Shown here one piece after another: positions 14,144-29,570 of a stretch of DNA of 64,000 nucleotides. The notes below the pieces were generated by a model, which saw nothing but the letters and a program-made list of their open reading frames with translations, was not told the DNA's origin and did no database searches. Each line of letters starts with the position of its first letter. The stretch's first letter is position 1. Source of the DNA: Auanema rhodensis (lineage: Eukaryota; Animalia; Nematoda); the NCBI GenBank assembly GCA_964057225.1, contig OZ059898.1, forward strand, positions 8,804,001 through 8,868,000, written 5' to 3'. The translations under genes and the position numbers were made by a program.

Positions 14144-17100
14144 CTGTATGAGATGTAACTGGAACTAAGACAAGCATTATACAGCTATTTTAAAACAAAA
14201 AAAAAACAGATTTTCAAAAAAAATATTGAAAAGAACAATCAAAATTCCAATAAAAGTTTTTTTTTCGTTTTTTCATTTCTTGAATTGAATAAATAGAAGT
14301 TGACTTGAATGATTCGGCTTTGGATGCACTTTGCAATAAGATTTGCTTCGAAAATCCTAGCTTTGATACTTAGGAGAAAGAAAAGAATGAAATAAGCAAA
14401 ATCTAACATAATAATAGAAAATCAAGATGAACACATTTAAATAAAATAAAAATATGAAAGATATATCAATAAATTTAAAAAATAAATATAAATATATAAT
14501 AAATATTATTTATATATACATATATGTATATATACGTAGATATATAGAGATGTATAAAGATAGACATGTGAAGATAAAAATAAGTTTTGAGATAGAAGCA
14601 AAAAAATGTTGATAAAAGATAAATGACTTTCTGACCGTATAAGATGACAGAATATCCATCTATTGGGAAAAATAAATATAAATATGACCAATATAAGTTT
14701 TTTTTTGAACAGATACTTCTTCAGAAGTTGATCGTCCCTCGGGGTAGTATCTTGTGGTCGAAGCTTCTGTTCTTTCTTCAGGCTGACTAGAAATAAATTT
14801 CCGAATGGGCAGCTTCAAACAAATAGTTCTAGTGTTGAGATACATTGTCGGTGAAATATTACTTGGAAGAAAATAAATGGAAAATGACTTCAAATAGATG
14901 TAACATTTAGAAGATTCTTTAAAGATTATTTAGTAACAATAACAAACAATTTTATATTTTATAATTTATAAATTTAAATAAAAAAAGATATTAGAATCTT
15001 AATTCTAAAATTAATTTTTATCTTTTTTTGGAATTTAAAAAAAAACTTTTTAGCATAAGATAAGGTGAAGAAGCGATTCAGGGGGTACGGACGTTGACGA
15101 ATTTATAATTGAATTTTCCCCGAAGACTGCAACATTCTAAAGCCGCTGTACGAGAAAAATGGAAAAAAATCTGTGAATTCAGTACCTTTTCTTGTCATTC
15201 CCGTCAAATAAAAGGGAATTTTGAATGACTAAACATGCTTAGTATCAATAGAGAATAAAGCGCAGTTTTTGGCTTTGCTGCTCATTAGCTTTTGTAGGGA
15301 GAGTGCATTGTTAATTTGAATTAATTCCGGAAGATGTCTGTTTTCTCTTTCAATTTTTCTAAATTTATTTGACAGAAGCAATATTTGAAACGGAAAAAAG
15401 CTAAAGAGAAACAAAGAATATAGTAGAATTTTTGAAATAATACCGAATTGTAAATGAAAACAAATGCAAAACTACATTTTTCTTGCTAAAAATTTAGTAA
15501 ACACTCTGTAATTAACAGTTATGGAATTTAAAAAAAAAGTTTCTCAGTCATTTAAATATCGTAAGTTTTACGATTATCTTGCACAATCCTTGTTATTATA
15601 ACTGAGAATATGATCAATTCAATTAATTTTTGGAATTGTTGGGATCAGTAATGTATTGAGCAAATTTGTATTCACTTGAGATATTTTAAAACTGAAAGAG
15701 AAAAAGAGAGAAAGTAAGAAGGAAATAGAGATAGACAGAGAGTGGGAGAGAGAGAAAGACAGAAACAGAAAAGTAGAAGGGAAAAGAGAGAAAAAGACAT
15801 AGGAAGAGAGAGAGAGATGAAGGAAAATAAGGGGTAAATCATCGAAACTAGGAAGAAGAAATGAATAAGATTGGATTATGTGAATCTGGAAAATGATGTA
15901 AACTCTAATTTGCTTAATCAAGAATCAATTAAAAGTAAAGTAAGTATGAAAATAAGTTGAAGCATTGTAACTTATTTATAATATCTATCTCAACATTGAA
16001 GATATGAAGAAATTAAACGAAAAATGTTTTATAGATAAAAAAATAATTTTTTCGTAAAAAAATGGAATATATATCTCGAAATCGCATTTGAAACTCATTG
16101 AATACAGAGTAGAAGCTTTGGGTCTACCGCGTTCTCATATTGCATCAGCAATCAAGGTGGGGGAGCTTGAAGGAATAGATTTCACAAGAGCAGAGTTTGA
16201 ATATGAAACTGATTAGAGTGGTGAGAGGAAGAAGATTTACATCTTTTTTCAATCCAATCCAAGTTTTCAAATATTTTGAAAGAATCAACTAACGTATGCA
16301 TACAAAGAAGTAACAACATTTCCTTTTAAAATTTAGCTAAATTGTGAATAGATATTAGCATAATTAATATATTTTTATAAAATATATAATAATAGTTAAT
16401 GATAAATAAACAATTTTTACATTTTTGTTTTCAATTCTTAAACACAACGTTTAGAAACTAAAATTGTTATATATCCTTATATCCTTATATCTATCTATCT
16501 ATCTATCTATCTATCTAAGTTCTAAAATTTCAATTTTCTACTTTTCAAAGTCAGAAAAGTATTCATTATTGTCTTGAGCTTTTGACAACGTTTTCTCATA
16601 ATCAAGTGACGCTGCTTTTGTGAAAAATCAACGTTTTCATCACTACTAACTGAGCACTTTAATGCACTGAATTGGAATTTCCTCGCCGATACTCCGCTTT
16701 GAGACTCCCTATTTTTTCTCCTCAAAATTGCACTCAAAAACGTAAAGAAGATAGATTTTTCGAAGATTTAAAGATTCCACGACAAGTAGAATTTCCAACT
16801 TCATTCAGAAATTCAGATAAGTGTATATGTAGAAAAGGAAAAAGAGCATGGAATTGGTTAGAATATGAAGTGCTTATGTTACATACATACTTTTTTCTTA
16901 TTTACAAGACTTTAAGAGGTATAAAGTAAAGAAATATTTGAGATTATATGAAATATCTTTGAAAGAAAGATGATTGATCACAAATAATTTGCTTTAAGTT
17001 CTCAGTTGGTTCAAACATATAGTTTGTAAGATGATTGAACATCATTGACGAGGGCAACAAGCACCCCTGTTAGAATTAGTTGGCTTTCATTCACAAATCG

Positions 17101-18110
17101 AAAGGTCTTAAACATTGAAGAGTGATTGAAGATGAAGAGAAAAGAGACCAAAAAAAGACGAAAAAGGTGATCAAAAACCTTACAAAATAAAGACAGAAAT
17201 CTGAATAATAGTCGATATGCTTTTCAGTAAATCAGGAAGAAAACTGCAATTAAGGAGGAGAGTAAGGCGGAAAAAAGTATTTCTGGAAATTATTCAAACT
17301 ACGTCATCTACTACACACAATAAGTTGAATACTATGAATTAGTAGTTAATTAGTAGCTAAATAACTTTAATAGTAACAGTATCAGCAGTAGAAGCATCAA
17401 GATGAAAAATGAAGACAAACTTCATCATTCGTTATGTATTTGCAGAATATGCTCATTTTACAAAGTTGAATGATTTAAAGAAAGAAAAAAATTGACGAAA
17501 ATTGCTGAATATGATCATGAAATGTTCAAAAATTGAAAAATCATCGGAAGAAATGGCAAAAAAGACTATGAAGAAGACGATGAAAAGTATTGAAAAAGCT
17601 TTCAGACGATTGTTCAAGAAGCTCTCACATATCTCGATTTCGTTAAACTCGTTGTCCAGATATGTATGTAATAGAAAATCATTAGCTTTGCTCCTCTTGA
17701 AATCTGAACCTATTACTGGATTATAACATAACTTGTTTTTTTAATAAAAAAGAAAAAAAGAAATTCTTTATTAAAATTAATAATTTGATAAAGAATTTAT
17801 GTTAATATAAGTTAATATAATATATATATATATATATTTTATATATTATATGTATGTTGTATGATAATATATATAAAATTTGAAGAAAATATTATAAAAA
17901 TTTGTAAAAGAAAGTTGTAAACATTTGCAAAATTTTTTCTATGGATAGCATACTTAATGGTTTAACAGTCAAGCTATATGTATACAAATTCCTTTTTTTT
18001 CAGAGATTTCAAAGAAGAACATCATTTTTCAAATAGAAAAATGCATATGTATATATTATGTATATATATATATGTATATCTATCTAACTATATATATATA
18101 ATATATATAT

Positions 18111-18152
<42 letters not shown>

Positions 18153-18750
18153 TAATAATAAATATATTATAACAAAACAAAAATAAGTTAACAGTTTATT
18201 TATATAAAAGATTGAGAAAACCTGGAGAAAAGAAATTTTAGTGATATATTGCCTTGGGCATCTTGTCGTGTACGATGTAAACAAAGCTCATTTGTTAGTA
18301 GAATTTTTAGTACAATTCTAACTAAGAGAAGTTTAAAAAAAAAAAAGAAAATTTCAAAAATAAACTTAACCTAATCTATTAAAAAATATAATAAAAATAC
18401 GTTGCTTTACTATTTAAAAAAAGAAAGAAAAAGGAGCTACAACTGATGTATATTATAGAAATAATAATTAAATTATATTACTACATAATACATATTCAAA
18501 TTTTATATTTTTTTTTCAAAAAATATATGATGAATTTAAAAACAAAATATGTTATATAGGTAACTATATGAAATAAGTCATACTATTAAAAATGTCAATA
18601 AAAGTTCTCACGAAATCTAGTAATGTTTGAAATGAAAATTTAATAATTCTTGTAAGTACCACTATATTTAAAAATAAATTAAAAGTTTAAAATAACATAT
18701 TGTTAAAACAGATTTATATTTATTAGTAAAATATTTAATTAAAATAGTTC

Positions 18751-18779
18751 TGATGATGATGATGATGATGATGATGATG
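18751..18779. repeat. (GAT)n microsatellite
   Basis: About 9 tandem TGA/GAT units. Confidence 0.85.
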
Positions 18780-19613
18780 CTGAATATGATATGAAGATGT
18801 TTGAGTAAAACTCTTTCAATCCTACAAGTGATAAGGAAATCATTGCATGAAGACGAAAGAGCTACGATGATGAAATTTATTTTCTTTGCCTCTTCACTAA
18901 TTCATCTCTAAATCTCCATTCCTCTCTTCTTTACCCTTTGCCCTTTTTCAATTTTTCATTTTCTTTTTCTGTTTCTCTCTCTTCTAACCTCTATATCTAT
19001 TACTCTCTCATACACTCTTTTCTCTCTCTCTTTCTCTCTCCCTTTCTTCCTCTCTCTTCATTTCCTCTGTCTTTTCTGTATCAACTTTCTTACTTAAGTA
19101 AGTTAGAATACAAAGAATATACGAAAAGATAGATAGATAGACAGTATTAAATTATGAGAGAGATATATAGAGACTCATACATAGATTCAGAAGATATTCC
19201 ACTTTTAATTCATGATGTATGCCGTATATTCTGATCGCTTCGTGCTATATACGAACTTATGAGCTTTTTTGATTGATTTTGCGATGAATTTTAGCTTACT
19301 CGGGACCATTATGAATCAACCTTTTTTTCAAGCATTCAGAAGGCGGTAAACTATTACATATGTATAAATGCGTATGTATTTAGTTTGAAAATTTTAGAAA
19401 TTGCAAAAATGCAAAAATAATTTTAAAAAAAGCTTAGAAAATACAACAATTTATTACAATTATCTGATATGACAATTGACAAAAATTGCTTATTTTTGTA
19501 GAGATTTTGATTCAAATTTTTTAAAAATTCGATGTAAAAAGTAGATTGTAGTTGGAATTAAATATAAATTTTTATAAAATATATAAATAGCTAACGTATT
19601 ACTTTCTATATAA

Positions 19614-19653
<40 letters not shown>

Positions 19654-21276
19654 CATATAACAATTCCCACGATATCTCGACTGATGAATGAGCTAAAGCT
19701 TCTGATTATATTATTGAGAAAAGATTGCAACTGGATCCTGATTGCAATTTTAAAACTCAAAAATAAAATTTTAACAATAATTCAAACCAATTAAAACTTA
19801 TTTTTCTACTTTTTTGTTATTTTTTGTTTATTAACTGAACAAAAAAAATTTTTAATGAATAGAAACTGATCTTCATTCAACAAATGAAAATTAAAATTCC
19901 TGTACATACTTACATGTTGGATGATCAAACACAATAATAGAAACGGACTTTTCTGGCGACAATTCATGATTTCAAAAAAATATTTGAAATCTTCATTTCA
20001 AAATTAATAAATTATGTAAATATATTCAATATATTCAATATAATTAAATATTAGTAGCATAGCAGCTTGTTCTTTCCATAATTCTTGAATTATGATTATT
20101 CAGTGACCAATACTCAAATCTTCTTAAATGCAATTGACAAAGTTTAATAATAAAAGAATGTTTGATATATGTATGTATATATTGGATATTCTTTTTCAAA
20201 TAAAAAGGTGATTAGAATGAAAATTGAAAGAATAAATGAATCAAAAATCATTCAAAGTTACTTAGAAGCTTCTGCTTGAGGTCAAACTGGAATAAATGTA
20301 GTTGTGTCATAACAATATTTATTTTTATATAAAGTCTTTAACTTATTTTTTATTTAAACTATAACTTAATAGAATTTATTAAAAAAAAGAATTAGAATAA
20401 TAGTTTTAAAAAATAAAAATATATCGACTTTCATGTACTTTTTAAAAACATTTTTAGAAGATCAGGTCAACAGTGGACAAAGAAACAATATATGAATTTA
20501 TTTAGAAAGAACATGGAAAAAAAGAAAAAAATCTAAAGGAATAAAGAATAGAAAAGCAAAGACATCTCATTTGATGTCTTCATTCAAAATCTATTTAAGA
20601 ATGATCCTTTTCTCGTCAATCAGATCATCAAAATTACCAACATCAATGTATATAAGAAAGAAACAAGAAATGAATTTCTGCATGAGTAATTGGAATGATT
20701 TCATTTAATCAAACAAACTTATATTTAGTGTTTCTAACTTCAATACAAAAATCTTTTTTAAATAAAAAAAATGATATTGGTGTAAATGAAATTTAAAATT
20801 TGATGAATTGAATGACATTTGTATTTTAGAAAATCAAAATTCTTTATTTTTGACATATAAACATACATCATTTGTTAATCCTTTTTTAAACTTATTTTAC
20901 TTTTGATTCATGATCATTTAAAATTTTTTAAAATATTAAAAGGAAAAATTTTCTTGAATAAAATTTCAAAGTTTGAAGATTGGCACATGAGAAGACTTCT
21001 TTTTAGCTTAGCTTAAAGGTATCTCTCTCTCTCACCTGGTTTTTCTTTTTTCCTTCATCTTCTATTAAATCTTCTTCCTATTGAAATACATTTTATATTT
21101 ATAATGTTTCTTAAACATTATGATAAGAAGATAATTAAAATTATTTTGACAATTCAGTATATGCCGATTGTCCAGCACAAAAATCGTAAAAGTTACATAA
21201 GCCATGATAGCATTGGCTATATAAAGTATGAGGAATATAGATAAGAATCTTGTGTCTGTTTGATTTACTCTTCAAA

Positions 21277-22865
21277 ATGATATTCTCAATACTAGTTTTT
21301 CTAATTTTAGGATATATAAGTAAGTTTAATTGTTGTTTTTCATATCAAAGAATTACTTTTTTAGTTTGGAAATTGGTATTATCTTTGCAATTATCGGAAA
21401 TTTCCAAAAGAACTGTTGCAATTTCTGGATGTGATACTGGCTTTGGTCAACTTCTGGCTTTGAGACTTGTGAAGAAAGGAGTTCCAGTAATTGCTGGATG
21501 TTACTCTGTTAAGGTAAAATATATTTTATTAAAAATTTCTAAATAATTTTTATTTCATTAAAGGGTGAAGAAGAATTAAAGAAGAAAAGTAATAATAACA
21601 ATATTCTTCATACATTACCTTTGGATGTTAGCAGCGATGAGAGTACCAGCAAATTTGCTGAAAACGTCAAAAACATTGTTGGAAAGAATGGTTTGATTTA
21701 CTATATTCTATAAACTATGTCTTATATGGGAACAATTGCTAGTATAATCTTTTCTCAGGTCTTTGGGGTGTTGTGTGTAATGCTGGAATTCTTGGAAATT
21801 CAGGTCCTGATGATTGGTTGAATACAAATGATTATATTCAGGTATTATTATAAAATAATAAAAATAAATGTTTGAAATCATTTAAATATAATAAACATGA
21901 AGAAAACATTAATTTTGAATCAATTAATTGAAACTTGCTTCATCTATACATCTGCATATGGTCAAAGTATATTATTTCTATGAATTATAAATTCCACCTG
22001 TGTTTTATATAATAATTATATTCTTTATTAATATTTTTACCTTAACAAACTATATTTTTATATTTTAGACAATGTCAGTTAATACATTTGGTGTTATGCG
22101 ATTTGCTCAAAATTTAAAAAAACTTGTTAAAATTCAAAAAGGACGTGTTGTTATCATTTCTTCTATATCAGGACGTACTCCACGTCCAACTGTTGGACCA
22201 TATTGTGTTTCAAAACATGCTGTTGAAGCGTATGCTGACGTCATCAGGTTTTTAAAAAAAGGAATTCATTGTAAACTTTATTTATTTTAAGACACGAACT
22301 ATCTGATTTTGGTGTTTCTGTACATCTTTTGGAGCCAGGTTTCTTTACAACCAACATTACTCAAAGTGCTACAAATGATTTAGATAATGTTTGTAAAACT
22401 TTAATTAATTACAATTAATATATAATAATAATAATAATATATGTATATTTAGGTATGGAAACGATTAGATAATGAAACAAAAATAGAATATGGAGAGAAA
22501 TATTTCAAAGATTGTATGTATTTAAATTTTTATTTTATTCTTATTTTTATCTGTTTTTATATAATTTTTAAATATTTATTAAAAAACTTTGCAGATAAAG
22601 AATCACGATTCTCAAGATTATCTCATTGTGCTGATGATTTGAATCCTGTTTTAGAAGCTTATGAACATGCTTTATTAGCTAAATTTCCTAAAACTAGGTA
22701 ATATCAAAGAATATTTGTGTTTTTATAATAATTCATCATAGATATTGGGTTGGATATGATACTATTCTATTTTACATTCCATTAGCTACTCTTCCTACAT
22801 TCCTTCAAGATGCTTTCATATCATTTCAAAGACGTAACCGCCCACTTCCAGCATCAACTTTATAA
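21277..22865 (+). CDS. short-chain dehydrogenase/reductase, RDH/17beta-HSD6 (SDR9C) type, dhs-2/dhs-16/dhs-20-like
   Basis: N-terminal hydrophobic anchor, ISGCDTGFG cofactor motif, LDVSSDES, GLWGVVCNAG, VNTFG, catalytic S...YCVSK, EPGFF, HALLAKFPKTRYWVGYD. About nine exons with canonical splice sites; stop TAA at 22863-22865. Confidence 0.93.
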
Positions 22866-22884
22866 TTTTCTCAATAACTTTCTA

Positions 22885-23944
<1,060 letters not shown>

Positions 23945-26153
23945 TCTGCAAACAAAGTAATAATATATGTAAAGAAAAAAAGAAAAAATTGATAATATTG
24001 AGAGAAAAAGGAAAAAAAGGAATAGTTATATCAATAGATAGGATATAGTTCAAAATTTAAGTTGATCAGATGTTCTTTGATTGTTTTCTTGAACAAATTT
24101 ACTGCAAACTCTTTGCAGTATTAACTGTGAAACAAAAAAAAGTACAGAAGTAATCATTAATCATTGTTGAAATATTTGGAAACTGGAATTCTTGGCAACG
24201 GATGTCACAAAAAAAGGAGCCAAGACAGCTTCTGAGACTTTCAAAAAAATGAATTCATTATCAGAGATAATCATTGATACATTGAAAAGTTGAAAAAAGG
24301 TGTTGAAAGGATATGATCGTTGGATATTTCACATAAAACAGGAACCATATCTTGAAGAAAGAATATTTTGGAAAATCATGAATACAAACATTTTTTAGAA
24401 GAATATTCGTAATGTAACTCCATTGAAGATGAAGAAACAAATCTAAATGAGTGACTACTGATGGTATCAGAGGGAGATGTTCTGAATACGACAGAAGATA
24501 TGGAACGTCCTTCAGATGACCTACTGACACTATCCGCCCATTAACAAGAGATATAATTCAAAAACAAGAGGTTCTTGATACAAAATGATATCTACTTGGC
24601 CTAATTTTCAATTAACGTCGACCCAAATTTTCCGTTTTCTTGAAATTCAAAGCCTATTTTTTGGCTAACAAGATGAATATGCTGGCTTATTATCATCAGA
24701 TTATTCATTTCTAGATGATTTTTATGAAAAAAGAAATAAATGAAATATAAATAAAAATAAATATATTTGTCTTTTTTTCTTTAAAATTTATAAAAGATTT
24801 ATATAAGTATATATTTATATATTTTTTAAAAGATTATTTTTATAAGTAAAATAGTTGTTAAAATTTAAAAAAAAATGAAAAGATGTGCCAAAGACAATCA
24901 GGAACTGTCAATTTTCTGTAAAAATAGTTATAAAACAAAATATTCACTGAATTCAACGTTTTTATTCATCGAAGGTTTTCACAAAAAAATTCTTCACTAT
25001 ACGAGTAATTAATCGACAATAAAAACTCTGCGTACATATGTGGAAAAGGTTCCAGAGAGGTAAATAGTATGAAAAGTATCTTTAGAGAAGATGGAGAAAA
25101 AGCTAAAAAGAAAGAGGGAGAGAGAGAGAGAATATGAAGAGACCGGTTAATACTTAATGTACTTCATTTAGACACATTTCATACTTTTTTTGAAGTTGTT
25201 TTAGAAAGAGAGAACAGTGCAATAGATGTATTTCATCGTCAAATTGGAAGGGACGTCATCAGTTGCTACAAAGGAAATGGAAACTATTCTTCTCTTTACT
25301 TATCTGATGACAGTGTCGTTGTCACCTTCTTCATCGTCAGGAATTTGAGAATGGTCATGCTTATACTAAGTCTGGGATACAAATCGTTTTTGTTTGAAAA
25401 AATTGTTAAATGAAGAGGAGAAAGCTCTAAGCAAACTTTGCGAAAAAAAAACATTTAGGGTGTAACGTCTAGACGCACATTTTGCATTCTTTTAGATTAT
25501 TGCAGTTTGCACTGAAAAAAAAAAGTATTATTGAATAATGGAGTTAAGAGTTAAGAAGAAGGAGATAAGAATCAAAGAAAATTAAGAATTTGTATAATTC
25601 TAAGTTGATTATTCAAGTTTTAAAAGTTCAAATCATATAATAAGATGAGTAAGAATTTAATGAATTTAGTAATCAAAAAGAATAATAAGAACGAAATTCT
25701 TTTTTTCTGATTAATTTGACTTGATGATTGTTAATTATATTCTCAAATTGTGTTGTTCTTACTTGATTCTTGATTCATTCATGGTTTTTCTCCGATTTTG
25801 TTATAAACTTGGTGGGTTAAACTGTCAATTTGTAGTGGTTCAGGTATCTCTCTTAGCTGATCGTTTACAACATGTTAATCATTTTTCGGATGGCGCTCAA
25901 CCTTTTTTTAGAACAAAATACTTCTGGTATGGGGACCGCCCCAGTTCGTATGGTACACTGGTGGCTGAATAAATAGCTGGAACCAGTGGCACAATGTCTC
26001 GAACAGGCATGACCATCATGGCAGCATCTACTAAGCCATGTATAAACTTCGAAAATTATTATTTTCCATATATTTCTCTATATTTATTTTTCTATTGATA
26101 TATAACTATACATATATTCATTTTTATTTTATAATAGTTTTCAAAATTAAGGG

Positions 26154-27276
26154 ATGTCTCCTGATATTAAGGATATGAAGCTCTACGAAGCTGCTCAGGT
26201 GAAGAAATTCGCCTTCTTCGGAGTTGCTGTATCCACCATTGCTTCATTGGTAGCTGTTATTGCTATTCCAATGCTTTGCATGCATACTCAGGTTAGATTT
26301 TCATAGTTTAATTATGAATATATTCATTTGTTTTATTGCTTTTCAGGGTGTTCACAGTACCATGCAACAGGAGTTGAACTACTGCCGTTCAAGAACCTCA
26401 AGCATGCGTGAGGAGATCCACAAAGTTTGTGTTTATCATTTATTTTTAATCATCAATTAAGCCTTTAAATCAACTGACTTATATCAATGTTCTTTTCAGC
26501 TTGTCGCTTCACGTACTCCACGTGAGAAGAGATCTACTGCTGAGCTTTGCTGTTCTTGCGGAGTTGGAGCTCCAGGATCAGCTGGACTTCCAGGAGATCA
26601 AGGAGAGCCAGGACGTGACGGTAGAAACGGAAACCCAGGATCCCCAGGACCTGATGCCACTGATGACAACGCCAAGCCAAAACCAGAAGACTTCTGCTTC
26701 GAATGCCCAGTCGCTCCAGCTGGACCACCAGGCAATTAACTTTCCAAATACAATCATTATTTTGCAAATTTTAGGACCACCAGGACCACACGGACCACCA
26801 GGACCACGCGGAGAATCTGGACCACTTGGAGGAGCTGGAAAGCCAGGAATGAACGGACCACAAGGACCACAAGGACCTCAAGGACCAGCTGGAGGAGATG
26901 GAGATGCCGGAGCTCCAGGAACCCCAGGATTCGTAAGAATACACAACTCTGTTAATAGCATTAATTTTTGTTTTCAGAAGCACTTTGCTCCATCTCCAGC
27001 TGGAGAACCAGGACAACCAGGAGAGCCAGGACCACTCGGACACCCAGGATTCGATGGAAGACCAGGAACCCCAGGAAGACCAGGACACATGGGACCACAA
27101 GGAGAACCAGGACAGCCAGGAGAGCCAGGAAAGGACGGAGAGGTCAGCTGATCGTAGTTAAAGTTAAATTCTCATACAAAACCATATAGGTTGGAGAACC
27201 AGGAAAGAAGGGAGAGAACGGAAGAAAGGGATCTTGCGATCACTGCCCAGTTCCAAGAACTGCTCCAGGATATTAA
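26154..27276 (+). CDS. nematode cuticle collagen
   Basis: MSPDIKDMKLYEAAQVKKFAFFGVAVSTIASLVAVIAIPML..., REKR furin site, CCSCG, Gly-X-Y repeats, FCFEC interruption, C-terminus GSCDHCPVPRTAPGY*. Six exons, including a GC-AG intron at 26732-26774. Confidence 0.96.
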
Positions 27277-27417
27277 GTGGCTTCTACTGTTCAAAGGGAC
27301 AGCTCTCAGTTCAAAAGTTTTTATTACCAAAAATCAGAAATACACCAAAATCTAATAAATATTTTTGTTCATTCATTGAAATCTTTTAAACAAATGAATT
27401 TACAAATATGAAGAAAA

Positions 27418-28499
27418 TTAAGGATATTTATCTTCATCGTCCACTTTTCGACACCACCAACGTAAATAGAATATAATTAATATTACAACAACAGTCACTG
27501 AAAATAATAAAATAAGTAAAGATAGTTATCAGAAAAAATGAAACTTACAGTTTAATGATGATAATACAACAAGACTACTATCTATTCCAATGAACGTATC
27601 TCTCCATGGTAATATTTTGATATTTTCAATATAAACATCGTTGTTCGTATCAGAAGAAGTCAGCAAATTATTTACTAAAGAAGTTTCTGTTTGAAAATCC
27701 ATTCCTGAAGGAGCAGTCACTATTGGCTGGTTTTCCCATCTGAAGTAGAAGAAGTTTAACAATCGTTTGTTTCTTAAACAATTTTTTAGTTTCTTTCTCC
27801 ATCTCTCTAATTCTAAATCCTTTTCAAGTTTTTTATTGACATGAAAGAATAAAATTGAAATTAATTTATCAATTTGTTTTGAAATTAAATTATAAAATAA
27901 CTAAAAAAAAAACCTTTCAACATCAATAGATGAACTTATAACTGATGCTAATACAAATGGTAAAGCTGTTATTAGTAAAGTTATATGAATAAATGCTGGC
28001 CATCGCATATTTAATGTTCGTAATGTGACCATTCCAAATACAGATGAAACCTTTAAGAACAAAAAAAATATTAATTTTCTTCATTTAAACTTACAAGATT
28101 TAAAACTGGAGGCCATACATTCAATCCATTACTACAATTTACTGTTGTATAATATATAGAATATTCAACTCCCAATGTAAAACATATAACACCAGAAATC
28201 TATTTATATTAATATTTAAAATATTATTTTAATTATTTTACTTACTAATAATACAATTGAAAAGAGAAAATGAAGATATGTACAACATTTGAACCAACGC
28301 CAATATTTCAATGGAATATCTAGTAATGTTCGATCACATACTTGCTGAAATGAAATTATTTTAATTATAAATAATAGTTTTTAACTATTAAGTTGAAATA
28401 TTTAAATTTTAATATATTAACCTCATCAATATATAAGCTGAAATCAATAAAACGATTATCAATATATTGATAGCAACGTCGAAAACTTGAATAGCACAT
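27418..28499 (-). CDS. four-transmembrane protein of unknown function (~230 aa)
   Basis: Six exons in phase: MCYSSFRRCYQYIDNRFIDFSLYIDE|QVCDRTLLDIPLKYWRWFKCCTYLHFLFSIVLL|ISGVICFTLG..CSNGLNVWPPVLNL|VSSVFGMVTLR..WPAFIHITLLITALPFVLASVISS..|WENQPIV..IDSSLVVLSSLN|LTVVVILIIFYLRWWCRKVDDEDKYP*. Four hydrophobic segments. Confidence 0.8.
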
Positions 28500-29570
28500 T
28501 ACCTTGTGTTATGAAACGATCATATTTCTATAAATTATATAATTATAGTTAAAATAATGAAATTAAAGAATTTCAGATTATAATTCAATAAAATAATTTT
28601 TTTTATAAATTAAAAAAGAATTATTGAATAAAAATTATGTGAATAGTGTTCATAATATAGAATGATTATGAAAAGCTTGAAATGTCGTTTCATATTGACT
28701 TGTCTCTTAAACTTTCTTATCAGCAATCATGTGAAAGAAATCATTTACTTATATGTTATATAAGTTAATATAAATATATTCATAATTAAACGAAAAAGAT
28801 TTTCTCATAAAATAAAAATAATTTTGAGATATATTTGAAAAGAAAATTTTTGAAATTCTAGATATTCTGTTATTAGAATAGTTTCTGAAGCTTTTTGAAA
28901 GAAAATTCAAATATTTGACAACCATGAACATGTATTGTTATAAAACTTATATTGAATATAAATAATATATATATATATAGATTATCAATATTTTATGTTA
29001 TTCATTTGGATAAAAATGAATAAAAAAAAAGGTTAAATATGAATATATACATATGTTTATATAAAATATTAATTATTATATACATAATCAATAAACTTTT
29101 TTAACAAAAATAAATTTAAATATACGAAAGGACGTGGAAAATTGTTGAAAAGCCATGATTACAAAATATTTCTGGAGCCTATCATGTTTCACAAACCTAT
29201 ATCAAGTTTATCATATGATTTACGTTATACACATATATTTAACCTTTTTTTTATAAATATAATAGTTTTTAAAGTTTTTAAAAATTTAATTTTTATCACA
29301 AAATTCTATTTCAAAATTTAATTTTAAAATGTTTTATCAAACTTATGTAAATCTTTGTAAAATTTCAAGAATATCTTATAAACTTGCTTATACTTTTTCT
29401 GATTTTTTCTTCACTAACGAGAATCATTGCTAATGGTCGCTTAAGAATCGAAAATGAAGCTTATAGAAAGTTTTTTTGTTCTTCAAATTGCTAAAAATCT
29501 CAAATATATGTATCTGATGCTTCATACATCGTATCAATATTTGAATTTCGAAAATAAATTAAACGTAACT

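Noticed and set aside
16522-17726. ORFs 16522-16737, 16672-16929 and 17502-17726
   Set aside because: Non-ATG or weak starts, no coherent splice structure and no recognisable domains. Treated as upstream region of the GPCR.
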